Below the pieces are notes generated by a model that ran no database searches, had not been told where the DNA came from, and was given only the letters and a program-made list of their open reading frames with translations. The translations under genes were made by a program, and so were the position numbers. This document shows, piece after piece, positions 25,242 through 39,839 of a DNA stretch of 64,000 bases (its first letter is position 1; each line of letters opens with the position of its first letter). Source of the stretch: Eledone cirrhosa. Its lineage: Eukaryota. The DNA is taken from the NCBI GenBank assembly GCA_964016885.1, contig OZ024741.1, positions 277,946,001-278,010,000 of the forward strand, written 5' to 3'.

Positions 25242-28200
25242 TTATATATATATATATCATCATTTAATGTCTATATTTCCACGCTTGCATGGGTTAGACG
25301 GGTTGTCACATTATGAGTTATCTTAGATCAGACGATCCACGTAGAGCTCATACGAATCTGTATTTTAGCTTGGTTTCTACAGATGGATGCTCTACCTAAT
25401 ACCAACCGAGTTACAGTGTGGACTGGGTGCTTTTTATCGTGCCACCAGCACAACCACCTTACAGGATGGTCTGGGTGCTTTTTATCGTGTCACCAGCACG
25501 ACTACTTTACGGGGTCATTGATAATAAAAGCATATGAGCTAGTGATTAGAATAGTGGCCCTCAAACTATACATCTTGGTGCATTGGTGTGCCATAAGATA
25601 TAATTATATATTTATTTGTTTAATCAATTTAAAGGTCCATATAGAGCTAGTAAGCCATGCCATACTCGGAGAAGTATTTAATGCCCCTTACACTTAAAAA
25701 GCAAATACGCAAAACAGAGACAAAGCAAGAAAAAGAAAAGAATGGGGACAACAGGAGACAAGGTGAAAACAAGGGAAACTGTATAACAGCTAAAAGTATC
25801 TGTTGTCGAATCTTTTCATAACCTCCATGTACTGAAAGATCTTGTTTATAGTTGGTAGATCTTTGACAATATATTGCACCTCCAGTCTTGGTTGGTTTTT
25901 AATGACTTTCTCAAGATATCCTCTCTTTTAGACTTCTGGTTTCTACATTGGACGAAATAGTGCCACAGAGTTGCTATTAAGTGTGTTACAAAAGAGCAAG
26001 ATTCTATTTCAAAATGTGAAAAATACAAATTGAAATTCATAACAAAGTTTATATATAACAGTCAAAGTGAGAAACAGCTAAACCAAGAATGAAAACATTG
26101 CCCCCGAAAACACCAAACACATGTTTCTTATTGATAACTTTGCTCCATCTGTTGACTAAAGATGGAAGTACAAATAATTTTTCTGTATTTTTAGTCATCT
26201 ATATAGTGCTGGTGCCTCAATAAAATGCACCCAACCCACTTTCATTAAAAAGTTGTATTTACTTACCTTTAATTAGTGTTGACGTATATTTGGTGTTGCA
26301 TGTATTTCTATAACTATTTTCAGTAAAAAGTACGTAGATGATAAACGCAAAGAATAAGATGGTGTATTCTCGCTCTTTAACCATCAATATTATCAGCTTA
26401 TTCTCAATAAAAAGTAAACCTCAGATTTTTTAAATTCGTTTATAGTTTAGTCAGAAGAAGGATAACATATAAACTGTTAAAAGTAGATTCATAAAACAAA
26501 ATATTTCCTTTGAAAAACGTATTTACGTTATGTACGTTTTTTTTATAAATTGGTTAAAGAAGATCTACATCTTAGATGTGGTGACGCCTACATGCACTTT
26601 TGCTTTTCTTTTTTTTTCTTTCTTTTTTTTTCGGGGAAAACCAAGATGAAAGCCTAAATATGTTTACTGCTTACTTTCACCCAAACAATCTGAATATTTA
26701 TTATCTTGTCTTTATTGAAACTATCTAAATCCTTTTGTCGTTTGAAGGCCTCCCACAAGGCAGACGACTTCAAAATGATTGAAACATCATATGAGGTCTG
26801 CATACCGAATTAGTGAGGCTGTCATAAATAAAATTGGTTAGGTTTAAGATACAAATACTTGTCATATTCAAACCAAATGCTTTGAGGCTAAACTATTAAG
26901 TTTTCACGACAAATATGATTTCAATAACATATTTCTCATCTATCTATTTACCTCAGTTATCTATCTCCCTCAGCTATCTATCTACCTCATCTAATGCTGC
27001 ACCTATCTACCTCATCTATATGCCTCAGCTATGTATCTACCTCATTTCTCTATCTACCTCATCTCTCTATCTACCTTAGCTATCTATCTACCTATCACTA
27101 TATTTACCAAGGTTCCAAATAATTCTTATGGAAAAAAAAGGAAAAAAAAAAACGAAAGAAATTCAGTGCAATCACCCTAAGGTGACAAATAAACTAACAA
27201 AAAACAAACAAACAAAAACATTTTATTTGTCTATTTTTGTTCACATCTTTTGACTAAAACGGATACGTAACATTTTACAACTTGTGGCTACAATTTATTA
27301 AATCTGAATACAATACAACACACTACCACACACAATGTTCGTAATGAATAGACAAAGAGGAGATTTTGTAATTGTTCCAAACATACTCCACTCACGAAAA
27401 GCAAACTAACAATAAATTACACACACAAAAAGAAATTTGTGTTTCTTTTTCTATTTTCGTTTCTTTTTTTTTTAATCTTATATCTAAGATTTAATATATA
27501 AAAAAATTAATTCAGACGAATTTATTTTTGAAAGGGTTTGATGTTCTAGTGCTGTTGCTATTTAACCCAGGTAGGTCCTCATTGAGCAGACCTATAACCA
27601 TGACCATCCTGTCTTTTTCAGTCATCGTGTATCTAAGACTAATTATCCCTTGTCTTAGATATATAGTTAATCTTTTGTTCACATATATTTTTTTTAATGA
27701 TAGGGTATGGTTTATGATTTATTCTAAAGTCCAAAGTCTCAAGTCTGCCTCATCAGGCCGGTGCTTATTCCGGTTTCCGTGGCGTGAAGCGACTAATGTA
27801 ACTCCCAGGAAGGTTCAATATGACAGTGTATGATAAGGCTGGCTCTTTGAATTACAAGTACAGTCCAACAGATCAGTTTCCGAACAAATTCTGCATACCC
27901 ATTTACACTCCTAAGGTATAGATTGACCCGAGGCTATGGTAAATGACACTTGCTGAAGATACAATGATGTGGGATTGAACATGGAATCTAATGATTACAA
28001 AATGAGCTTCTTAACCATTCAGGGTTTTTTTTTAAACGATCGACAAGATCTCAGACGTCATTCGCTTACTGAGCGGGTTGGAAGTAGTCAGATTGGACCA
28101 AGGAAACCATATTTCCATTGGTCTTTCCTTTGGTTATACTATCTACAGGTCGCACTTCCTGTAAGAAGTGAAATAAAATGTTTTGCTCAAGGACATGACG

Positions 28201-28494
28201 CACCGCCCAGCAATCGAACTCACAACCTCACAATTGTGAATCCAACTCTCTAACAACTAAGCCATGCGCCTTGACAAGTCTGTCAATCTAATATACCACA
28301 CCATCCACATAAACCTTGATAGTCTGTGCAAAATTAGTTCAATAACCAAGGTTAGAGGTACCCTTAAAACCAAATAGGCAGCTGCCTAGGGTGCAGAGCT
28401 TAGAGTGATACCTAATGTTCTGACCTGCAATACAATGCCACCCCCTTAACCTCCATTAGGAGTTTTAGGTCCGATTTAAATTAGAGATATAAAG

Positions 28495-28745
28495 AAGGCG
28501 CATGGTTTAGTGGTTAGATAATCGAACTTGCAATCATAAGGTTGCGAGTTCGACTCCCGGACCGGGCTATGCGTTATGTACTTGAGCAAGATACTTTATT
28601 TCACGTTGTTCTTTTTGCCAGGAGTTGCGACCAGTAGATTGTATCAGCAATGAAAAGACCAATGGAAACATTGTTTCCTTGGCCCAATCTGACGAGTTCC
28701 ACCCCACTCGGTAAGTGAATGAGGTCTCGGATCTTGTCGATCGAT
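28495..28745 (+). mobile_element. tRNA-derived SINE family 2 (other copies ~15540-15770 -, 28050-28272 -, 30497-30755 +, 55570-55810 -, 58190-58440 +, 59100-59345 -, 60349-60539 +)
   Basis: TGGTTTAGTGG A-box, GAGTTCGACTCC B-box, shared CTTGAGCAAGA(C/T)ACTTTATTTC block. Confidence 0.75.
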
Positions 28746-29068
28746 TCGATCGATTGATATAAAAACTAATTCTGAAAATGTTTGTTGCATGGCAAGATCC
28801 CTCCCCCACACCTGACTTCCCCTTGGTGTCCCATATATTGTTTGACTTGCTGGTATCTTGAATTGATTTCAATATTTCTATCGTTAAGTCAGCAAAATAT
28901 TAATATTATATTCACCCTAACAATTAGTTTAGATTTAATACACAACCATCTCTCATTAACCCTTTTATAATTGTTTTCTAATTAAATAAACTCTATTTCA
29001 ATTAATTAATGACGAAATTATTAGTTTTTTGTTGTTTTTTTAAGTGAAATGAAATATTTCTATTTCAG

Positions 29069-29121
29069 ATTCAAGGAACCTGATGTTTTGGTTTATGGTT
29101 CTAGCAGGGGCTAATAGTTTG
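29069..29121 (+). CDS. Candidate upstream (signal-peptide-like) exon of the lectin-PAN gene
   Basis: tatttcag acceptor, gtaaat donor, encodes ..MFWFMVLAGANSL; linkage to the downstream exons is not demonstrated. Confidence 0.25.
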
Positions 29122-30995
29122 GTAAATAGAATATTATTATCATCATTATTGGCAGTATCGGTAGAGTCGGACACCATGCTTTGCAGCATAGAGTTACGGT
29201 CCTTTACGGTCTGAGTTCAAATCCCGCCGAGGTTAACTTTGCCTTTCGTCCTTACGGGGTCGATAAAATAAAGTACCAGTCACGCACTGGGGTCGATTAA
29301 AATCGACTTTCCCTACTCCCACAATTGCAAGCCTTGTGCATAAGGAACCATTATAAGGAACCATTATAAGGGCGGTGGATTGGCAGTATCGGTAGAGGGT
29401 CGGACGCCATGCTTTCCAGCATAGTTACGTCCCTTTACGATCTGAGTTCAAATCCCGCCGAGGTTGACTTTGCCTTTCATCCTTACGGGGTCGATAAAAT
29501 AAAGTACCAGTAATGCACTGGGTAATTGCTGGCCTTGTGCCTAAAGTAGAAACAATTATTATAATCATTATTTGATATATATTTACAGTGTGTGTGTCTG
29601 TGTGTGTGTATGAGTATGAGCAATTATAAAATTAATAATAATAGTTATTTATTATTTTGTAGAACATGGTGTTATGCCTTGTAAAGAATAATAATATGGG
29701 TAAGAAATGAATTTTTATATCTCGTACTACATTTTTTTTTAATGGAGACAAGAATAGAATAGGGAGGAGAGCAGCTCACTTGAAAAAGGAGCCTTGGGAG
29801 GTGGAATAGCTGGTGTAACAGGTGTTGCTGGTTGTTATTTACGTCAGTACTTTCGCAAGGCACAACAGTTGAGATGTACCAACCAATTAAGAGTATAGAG
29901 TTTGCCTCTTCACACTCTTCCCCTTCTTTTTATTTTTCCCTACCACACTTTGTTCTGTTTGTAAATAAATATATACAATTGAATTTAAAATGTATCAATG
30001 AAGTTGTTTGCTAAATTTTGTGGTAGATAATTTCACAATCAATAATTTGTCCTTGTCTAGAAGCATCATGAATCTGAAGAAGGTTTTAGAATCTTCTAAA
30101 TGTTTGGAATCTTTCACCGCCTACCCACCCCCCCTCCTCGAATTTTTTTTACTTTAGACGTACTATTTTTAATCGGCGTTAGCACTAAGGCACCATTTAA
30201 GCATAATAGAGGTTTCGTTTCGGAAAAAATATTTTTCTTCGGCAGCGAGGCTACCCATATGTTTATTGTATAGAAACGTTTTATATATATTTATATATGT
30301 TTTCATATACTCCTCTATTTTTGTTTACTTTATATTATGTAATGGACTTTTGTCAGTTCTAATGATGGGTGTTCCGGTTGTTTGGTGGACAGCTTATCCA
30401 GTAGGACAGCTTATCACCAGCCCCCAAAGGCAACACTTACCAACTGGACTCATTCAGAAACAATGGGATAAAAATAGTTATTATTAATATTATTAGAAGG
30501 CGAGTGGGTGACTGGTTAGAGAATTGGATTCGCGATTGTGAGGTTGTGATTTCGGTTCCCGGACCGGGCGATGCGTTGTATTTTTGAGCAAGACACTTTA
30601 TTTCCCGTTGCTCCTTCTACCTGGATTTGCGATCGATAGATATTATTAGTAATTGGAAAAACCAATGGAAACAATGTTTCTTCGGTCCGATTTGACGAGC
30701 TCCACCCCACGCGTTAAGCGAATGAAGTCTGGGATCTCGTCGATCGACAGTCGATTATTAATCAGATAAACACATACAGCGCAGGAAAAAGGGACTAGAA
30801 AACAAATATGAATAACTAAAAATAAGTAATTGGCTGGTTATAAAGCGGGAAGGGCAAGTTTATGATCCCTGAGTGCAAACTACGATGCTGCATAGAAGCA
30901 AGACTTAGGCATTGCATGCAAAGGACTTACAAAGACTGAAAAGAAGTAGGGTAAATATCTTTCAATGGATGTGTAATAGTAGTGAACATATACTT

Positions 30996-31083
<88 letters not shown>

Positions 31084-31588
31084 CGTGTGCGTGTGTGCGT
31101 GCGTGCGAAAAGTAAACGGAAACAACAAAGCAAACAATACAGCACAATGAAGATATATATTAGTTTAACGCTTGATGTTGTAGGAAAAGATTCTACATAG
31201 CGTGCACACACACACATATAAATACATGCATAAAAAAGCCACTGAAACACAAGTTGACCTAATAAATTATTTAACATGGTATAATGATTTAGCAGAAAAC
31301 ATCTGAAAACGGATTTGTTAATTCCAATGTTTATAGTATCTTTATTAGTGGACAGATCATCATTGTGAAATGATACTGTATTAGAGTAAAGACTTCAATT
31401 TTTTTATGTGATGGAGTTATAGTGCTGTTTTGTAGTTCAAAGAATGTCTTCCTAATGAGGTTTCTTGTGGTACAGAACGTTAAGAGTTAAACTAAGTTTT
31501 TTTTATCACCATCACCACTACCACCACCATCTTTTCCCATTTTCGTCTTTATCTTTCTTTTCATTTTTTTTTTATTTTTTTCTTTGAG

Positions 31589-31742
31589 AATACAATTCCA
31601 AACATGGTCGGATTTATTTGATATCATACCGGAGAAAAAGTTGGCCAGAGGCCAGTAGTTTTTGCCAAAAGAGATCTGGTAATTTGGCTTCAATATATGA
31701 ACCGTCCACCATTCCAGAAATGACATTCACCAAACAGAACAG
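31589..31742 (+). CDS. C-type lectin domain, N-terminal half (exon)
   Basis: YNSKHGRIYLISYRRKSWPEASSFCQKRSGNLASIYEPSTIPEMTFTKQN fits the CTLD pattern W..A..C....G.LASI. Long pyrimidine tract then an uncommon GAG acceptor; donor AG|GCAAG in phase 2. Confidence 0.7.
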
Positions 31743-31787
31743 GCAAGATGTCTATTTATTCATTATGTTTTTTTTTAAATTTAATTA

Positions 31788-33267
31788 CCGTATATACTCG
31801 AATGTAATTCGACACCTTATTTTATACCTGAGAAATGGGAAAAAGTCCAAACCCCGTTTATAAGCCACGGCAGCTAATCGACACATTTTATTTAGATGAC
31901 GTGGTTTTGAAATTCTTATGTGTAAAGAATATATTTATGAAGTTTTAAAATTTTGTTATTTAAAATGTTTTAAGTGTCCTTTAGAATATAGGTTTTGTTT
32001 CACAACTCCATTACATAATGATGTTTTACCATTTCATCTGTTTTATAAAGTTTCAACTAGTTTCTCAAATTTTTATTTACTTCCGGCTACTCAAATGCTG
32101 GGAGTTTCGGTGTGTTTTTTTAGCAGACAACAATAGTACCATCTCCTGAATGTAACAGATTTGTATTTAATATACACATCGAATGAAATGCATGCCTTAA
32201 AAAACTTAGAAACAATTTAACGTCGTACAGATATTAAAGCTTTAGGTAAAATTTTAGTTATACATGTCTTTATTAGTACATCCAGTTCGATTTTTTTCAA
32301 ACAATGAAAGCAGATTATAATTATTTAAATCAGCTAGATTATTACTTGAAAATCACTAAAATTTGATATATTATTAGTCAACCCTTTTACTCCATATTTT
32401 GAGTTTACGATATTATTTTTAAACAATTCTTTAACCGTTATGAAGATCAGTAAAAACACTTGGGGAATATCAAAACTATGTGCAAGGAGACCTAATGCAT
32501 AAGGAATTGTTGAAAGAAAGAGAACGTCTAAGAGAACATTGCATAAACAGGGGGCAGTGGAACCGGGGAGCCGTGAGGGGGGGGGGGGGCATGGCACCCC
32601 TCGCCCTCCTCATAATTATATTTTTCTCTCCAAACTACCAAAACACATATCTATTTGTATATGTGCTACAATTTAAGTACATATTAAGTTTATCGTATAT
32701 CGAAGTTTTTTTATATCTTGGTTAATATTTGATAATAACAGTTAAATTAATCACTACAACTAAATTGACCCCCCCCCCTCCCCTCATTCAGAAATGATTC
32801 CACCGCTCCCGATAAAGACTCTAAATAGACGGGGAGGAAGAGGGACCAAGCGAAAGAGGGTGAGAACGAGAGCAATAAAATACAAGACAGAAGTAAGTTT
32901 GAAAGAAAATGTATAATTAAGTCAAAGAGAAAAACAGTCGGCGCGCATATGCGTGCATACATGTATTTGCGCGTGCATATTCGTGCGTGTATGCATAGGG
33001 GATATTTATGTACTAAAATATTTAAATTATAAAGGTTTGTTGAGAATGTTCTGAAAGGAATGCACAAATAACACCCATGACGATGTAGTAAATGTAGAAA
33101 AACAGTGGTTCATTGTAAAATAATCACACAAGATGTTTTAGCACCTTATTTAGAGTTTGAAGTTGGCGAAAATCGCCAAAATATTGACCTCTAATATAAA
33201 TCAATCCACCATTATACCATCGTTTATTTTGACACATGTTTCTCGACTTATATACGAGTATATACGG
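31788..33267. mobile_element. Non-autonomous Tc1/mariner-superfamily (Tc2/pogo-type) TIR element with TA TSD
   Basis: TA|CCGTATATACTCG ... CGAGTATATACGG|TA; no transposase ORF; a possible nested TIR element at ~32548-32811. Confidence 0.7.
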
Positions 33268-34838
33268 TAAATAATTTATTTTGTTTGCACTTTTTTTTAG
33301 TTGTTTGCTTTATTTATTTGTTTAATGACATTGAAAAATCTTCTTCTTCTTCTTCTTCTTCTTCTTCTTCTTCTTCTTCTTCTATTATCATCAACATAAT
33401 TATCAATAATTAATACTCCCTTAATTGAAAAAATGTATCTAATATTTTAAGTGTAGATATGTGTACATGTATTTTACATTATTAATAATTAATTTATTGT
33501 TTGTAAATCCTGTATTATTGTTTATTGGCAGTATCGGTAGAGGGTCGGACGCCATGCTTTCCAGCATAGTTACGTCCCTTTACGATCTGAGTTCAAATCC
33601 CGCCGAGGTTGACTTTGCCTTTCATCCTTACGGGGTCGATAAAATAAAGTACCAGTAATGCACTGGATAATTGCTGGCCTTGTGCCTAACGTAGAAACAA
33701 TTATTTAAATGTTCTGTGTATGTATACTCATACAATATGCTGGATTTATTTACCCATGGTTTTAATTCCGGATTTTATATTGATTGCATCTTGGATAAAT
33801 AAATCCACTCTTGGATAAATAATAGAACCACATCAGCTTGAAATTTCTTTAGGTTAACTTTACCAACATGGTATATATATATATATAGTCTGTAATGCGT
33901 TGAAATGTCCGTGATCACCAGCCGACAACTGATGAAGGGATTGTCCCCCATTTGTGCTTTCCTCTTATTTTAAATACACTTTATCAAGTAACCACGCAGC
34001 TCCCTGTTTCTTCCAAATTTTTATTAATTTTTTGCTGCTGTGACCTGTTCTTTCTTTCTCTCCGTTTACTTTTTAGTGAATTGGCCATAGGGTTATCCAC
34101 TCCAGTAAATACCACTACATGCCAACCACTAATTTAATTTGTTTAGAAGATGTAAAAGAAATGACGATGTAGTAATTGAAACATGACGAATACTTCGGAA
34201 AAGTGTATCAGTAACGATTTGCATTTATTGAAGTAGCTTGTTAAAATTTTGGTAGTGAAACGTACCTCGTACCATGATGTGGTGTAATCCTGAGGTATAA
34301 GATAGGATTAGAAAAAGTTTAGCATCTGTGATTGGTGTGGTCAGTTCTAGAGCCGTTGGTGAAAGAGAGATAGATTGTCCTTTGCTCTTTCTTTTATAAT
34401 CTCTGAAACGGAAGTTCAAGGAGTATTCTAGAAATTCTACGGGTAGTAACTTTGGCTACTTCCCTTTGTCTAGAGAGCGCTAGAAGACTCCCCTCTCAGA
34501 CGAGAAGTTGAATAACCAGCCGAAGGTCATTGTAGCGTGAACCCGTAAGAAATGAGGAGCAAAGCAAAGGTACAAGAAGGTGCATGAATAAAACATGAGC
34601 TCGCAACTGAAGCAAATAGCAAAAAAAAAAAAAAAACACAAAACAAGTAAATGCATTTGACAAAGAAAAAATGTAAATGTAACAAAACTGATAATTCAAA
34701 GTTAACATAAAGTAGCAGAGAAAAAATGAATGCTTAATGGTAAGTTCAATGTTTTTCAAAGTCAAATAGTTCATACATCACTAGTGTACAGACTTTCTGA
34801 AAACTGAAAAAGAAGAAGTATGTTAATGCCACTGGGGT

Positions 34839-37800
34839 TTAAATGTATATTGTTTTTGAGAGTTTTCGTGGCCATTTTACCGTCCTGCCACCTCGTGTGA
34901 CATAAGGTTGTGTGGCATGTGGTGTTTGCGGTGGAGGTGAAAGTGTTGGTGTAGGAGTGTATGTACGAGGTGTATCAGGCAGTGTGATGAGACTTTCGGA
35001 GAAAGCCTTTTTTGCTCTGTCAATGGATATTGTCTCTTTTCGGCCATTGACAGCCACTGTGAAATGTTTTGGTGTGTGCGAAAGCACACGAAAAGGTCCA
35101 TTATAAGGTGACGTAAGAGGTCCCTTGACGGAATCATTCCGTATGAAAATGTGTGTCCACGTAGAGATGTCCGATGGGACAGCAGAAGAAATAGATTGGT
35201 GACAAGGGTTCATCGGTAGAAGATCCGAGAAATACGAACGAATCCTGGTGACATATGATGCTGGGTCAAAATGTGATGAATCCACTGGTGCTAACATTTG
35301 TCCAGGAAGAGACAATGTGGTACCATAAAGAAGTTCAGCAGAACAAAAAAACTAAATCTGTCTTAATGGCAGTACGACAACCAAGAAGCACGATAGGCAA
35401 AATTTCAGTCCAACCTTGTGGATCAGGAGTAGCGCGAAGTGCAGCTTTCAACTGACTATGAAACCTCTCAATCATTCCATTGGAGGCTGGGTGATAGCTG
35501 GTCGTATGGATGTGATGAGCACCCAAGAGTCGTGATATTTCACGAAATAAGGAAGCCTCAAATTGGCGTCCACGATCCGTAGTTATTTTAGTAGGAACAC
35601 CGAAACGAGCAATCCAATTGGAAATGAAAGCTCGGGCAACGGACTCTGCTGTTATGTCCATGAGGGGTATGGCTTCAGGCCACCGAGAGAAACGATCGAT
35701 ACAAGTCAATATGTATGTGAATCCACGACTAACGGGCCATGTACCAACAATATCCATGTGTATATGATGGAAACGTGCGTCTGGCGGGCTGAATTTTCCA
35801 AGAGGAGCGCGGACATGCCGATGAATCTTAGAGCGCTGACACTTCAAGCAAGAACGTGCCCAACCGGTGATTAAACAACGCATATTAGGCCAGAAGAATT
35901 GTCCGTAATAAGCTTCACCGTGGCAGCTATGCTAGGATGTGACAAGGAATGAAGTGCATCAAAAACGGAACGCTGATGACAATCTGGAACAAGTGGTCTG
36001 GGTGAGCCAGTAGAAACATCGCAGAGAATTTTCCCTTCAGAAGATGGAAGAGGTAAATATTCCAATTTGCAGCAGGAGAACTGGTCAGAGGAAATGTCCA
36101 GCGAATCCAAAGTAGGTTGGTCAGTTGCAATGGCAACTAAATCGATATGTGCAGGAGACGCAAGAGAACACACAGAAAGTCGAGATAGTGCGTCCGCAGG
36201 TATGTTGGCAGTTCTAGCTATGTGACGAATGTCACTGGTATACTGTGAGATGAGATTCAGATACCTATACGCTCTCGGAGAGTACTTGTCGGACTTGGAT
36301 TGTAAAGCGAACGTTAACGGTTTGTGGTCCGTGAATATCGTGAACTCCCGCCCCTCCAAAAGGTGGTGGAAGTGCTTCACGGCAAGATAAATCGCCAAAG
36401 GTTCTCTGTCAAAGGTGCTGTATCTCTGTTCTGCTGGTTTTAATTGGTGAGAGAAAAATGCCAATGGTTGAACTTGGTGATCGATTACATGATGCAAAAC
36501 TGCGCCAACAGCACGATCAGATGCATCAACAGATAAGGAAAGTCTCGCATTTGCAACAGGATGGGCAAGGAAGGAAACTTTAACTAGCTCAGACTTGACG
36601 GATTTAAAAGACTGCAATGCATCGGCAGAAAGTGAAATTGTTTCATCTTTCTTTTTTGCAGCCCTTAAAAACCGTGTCAAGGGGAATAACTTGTCCGCAC
36701 AGTTAGGAATAAAGCGACGATAAAAGTTAATTAATCCTAAGAAATGGCGTAATTGTTTCAAGGATGTTGGTGGTGCTAATTGCTGAATCGCCTCTACTTT
36801 AGCTGGAAAAGGACGAATGCCTTCTGAATCTATAAGGTGTCCGAGGAATTCCAGTGAATATGCACCAAACACACATTTAGCTGGGTTGATTCTGATTTGG
36901 TACGATTGGAGACGTTGAAATAACTGAGATAGATGTTGATGATGGTCTTCATCCGAATCACTGGCTATTAGGAGATCATCAACGTAAGCAAACACGAAAT
37001 CCAATCCACGCGTGACTTCATCGATAAAACGCTGGAACGTACTAGAAGCATTCCGCAAACCAAAAAGCATGGATAGGAATTCAAACGAACAGCTGTTTTT
37101 GGTATGTCTTCCGGATGCATGGGTACTTGATGGTAAGCGCGTACCAGATCTATTTTAGAAAATATCTTGCATCCATGCAGAGCGGATGAAAAATCCTGTA
37201 AATTTGGTAGAGGATAACGATCAGGTGTTGTGATAGCGTTAAGTCGTCTATAATCACCCACAGGTCTAAAATCCGCTTCACCCTTACGAGCCAAATGAAG
37301 CGGGGATGCCCATGGGCTGGTGGACTGTCGTATAAGACCAAGCTGAAGCATGTGATCGAACTCATCCCTGGCTTTTTTAACCTGTCTGGAGCCAGCCTAC
37401 GTGGCTGAGAAAAAACAGGCGGAGCAATTGTAATAAAATGACGAGTCGAGTGGATTACTTGGTTCGGTTTAAATGAAATGTCAGTTAACTCGGGAAAGGA
37501 GGCAAGAAGAGAATGAAGCTGGTTTCCAGAGGCAGCTATGAAACACGCGGGACTTATGGTGGCAACAGTAGAACCACGATCAGGCGTAGATAAAGATGTG
37601 GTGCCATCCACAAGTTTCTGTTTCTTGACATCTACTAACAGTGAGTAGTGGTGTAAAAAATCCGCACCGAGAATAGGGTGGGGTAGGTCCGCTACAACGA
37701 AAATCCATTTGAAATCCCGACGCAAAGCTGGGTCCAATGATAGAGATATTTGTCCATAAGTTTTTATAGGAGACTGGTTTACTGCATGCAAGGAAATACC

Positions 37801-37975
37801 GGAAAAATTTGACTTGGTACAGGTGAAACGAAGGGGCCAAATACTGCAGCTAGATCCTGTGTCGACCATAAACGATTTGTTTGAAATTCGATCTTTTATA
37901 AAAAAAGCACGATAAGGAGAATTAATGGGGGAGAGATCTGCCGTGCCCTGACTCTCCAGGTTTAGTTTTCCGAAG
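34839..37975 (-). pseudogene. pol: Gypsy Pol (protease, RT, RNase H, integrase), frameshifted
   Basis: FMVDTGSS protease; DLVRAYHQVP and YVDDLL RT; VDASD..TDHKPL RNase H; [22 protein letters not shown] integrase; GPF module. Split over at least five ORFs. Confidence 0.92.
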
Positions 37976-38762
37976 TACCGAAAGAGCAGGGTTGAATACA
38001 ATGATTCGCCTTTTCACGAAAACGCACGTGATACCAACATAAAGACGAGTTGTTGGCAGGGGTTTTGGCGCGACGATGAAAAGAAGGAGAACGACTTCGT
38101 GGACGCCATCTGGAATGTGTTCGTTCCCGACACAGTTTAGTCACTTGACGAGTTAGCGCGTCAATGGCTCTCAATATAGAGTCCTCACGAGGTGGAACAG
38201 GCTGTGCTTTAAAAGTAGAAGAAACAATGTGTGCATCTGCCGAAGTAGGTACCCGAGAAAATTCCATTATGCGGTCCGCTGAGGCTGCAATTTGGTCCAG
38301 AGAACTGGTGTCAACTATATTTGCCAGTATGGTCTGCATATTTGTTGGCAAACGGGAGAAGAATAATTGTTTTACGAAAGAGTTGTCCTCTGCTGTTGAG
38401 TCGCTCAGTTCTCGGATGCGCCGCAAAAACTGGGACGGGTTTTCCTCCTCCAACAAGGAACGGAATTTGCTCTCAGACGAACGGCTGTTCTGTCTGAGCA
38501 CTTCTGCCTTAAGGGTCTTGTAAGTGACGCCTTGTGAGGGATCTGTGATGATATCTTTTACTGACACGGCGAGCGAGGCAGGGATTCCGCTTATGAGCAC
38601 GTGTAACCTGTGTTGTGCCGCTTGGACGCCATGTGTAACAAAATACGAATCTAGTTGTGTAAACCACAACTCTGCATCACCTGAATACGTCGGTAGCGAA
38701 GAATTGCTCATCATGAATGTAGTAGCCGCCGGTGAAATGACTTCTTTTTTTAACTGCCGCAC
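37962..38762 (-). CDS. gag: Gypsy Gag
   Basis: LPTYSGDAELWFTQLDSYF N-terminus and CWYHVRFREKANHCIQPC C-terminal knuckle typical of invertebrate Gypsy Gag. Confidence 0.85.
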   Translation of the reverse strand: MRQLKKEVISPAATTFMMSNSSLPTYSGDAELWFTQLDSYFVTHGVQAAQHRLHVLISGIPASLAVSVKDIITDPSQGVTYKTLKAEVLRQNSRSSESKFRSLLEEENPSQFLRRIRELSDSTAEDNSFVKQLFFSRLPTNMQTILANIVDTSSLDQIAASADRIMEFSRVPTSADAHIVSSTFKAQPVPPREDSILRAIDALTRQVTKLCRERTHSRWRPRSRSPSFHRRAKTPANNSSLCWYHVRFREKANHCIQPCSFGTSEN

Positions 38763-39469
38763 ATGTGGTTTAACTTCCGCGAATCAGCCAATGACAACAC
38801 ATTTGAAAGAAAATTAGTTGTATTTTCAAAAATATATGCACACGTGGTGGTAACATGAATAGTTGAAGTGATGTAACACGGAGGAAGCAAAATGGCGAAT
38901 ACACCACTACATGTCAACCACTAATTTAATTTGTTTAGAAGATGTAAAAGAAATGACGATGTAGTAATTGAAACATGACGAATACTTCGGAAAAGTGTAT
39001 CAGTAACGATTTGCATTTATTGAAGTAGCTTGTTAAAATTTTGGTAGTGAAACGTACCTCGTGCCATGATGTGGTGTAATCCTGAGATACAAGATGGGAT
39101 TAGAAAAAGTTTAGCATCTGTGCTTGGTGTGGTCAGTTCTAGAGCCGTTGGTGAAAGAGAGATAGATTGCTCTTTCTTTTATAATCTCTGAAACGGAAGT
39201 TCAAGGAGTATTCTAGAAATTCTACGGGTAGTAACTTTGGCTACTTCCCTTTGTCTAGAGAGCGCTACAACTTTGTTGTTATTAACTCTTTCCCTTTCTT
39301 TATCCCCTTCCCCCTCTCTCTCAGCTACACTCTCTTTCTCTCTTCTCCCCTACTACTTCCGTTTTCCTCGTCTATACCTCTTTTCGCCTATTCCCGCCAA
39401 GGTTAGGCGTGTTTTTCTTCGCTCTCGCTGTCAATAAAAGCCTTGGACTTATGTTCAGTAGCTGTTTTG

Positions 39470-39553
<84 letters not shown>

Positions 39554-39796
39554 CCCGGTTAGTTACATACATGTGCTCTCCTTGTGTTCACCCCTTGTTG
39601 GTATGTTCTCAGCGTTTTTTTTTCTTCCTTTTTTCCCTTCTGTTTAATTTTTTTTCTCTCTCCTTTTTTCCTTCACCAATAACTTCCACAAGTTATTGAC
39701 GCACTAGAGTTAGACATATTGTCTTCGATACGTTGAAATTTCCGTGATCTCCAGCAGACAACTGATGAAGGGATTGTACCCCGTTTGTGCTTTCCT

Positions 39797-39839
<43 letters not shown>

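Larger units (their letters stand above)
34111..39269 (-). mobile_element. Near-full-length Ty3/Gypsy LTR retrotransposon; LTRs ~34111-34484 and ~38903-39269
   Basis: ~370-bp direct repeats; PPT TGAGAGGGGAGTCT at 34485-34498 (minus); gag-PR-RT-RH-INT order; several frameshifts. No clear TSD or PBS found. Confidence 0.95.

Noticed and set aside
28495-28570. tRNA gene
   Set aside because: A/B boxes are present but there is no complete cloverleaf, and it continues into a repeated SINE body.
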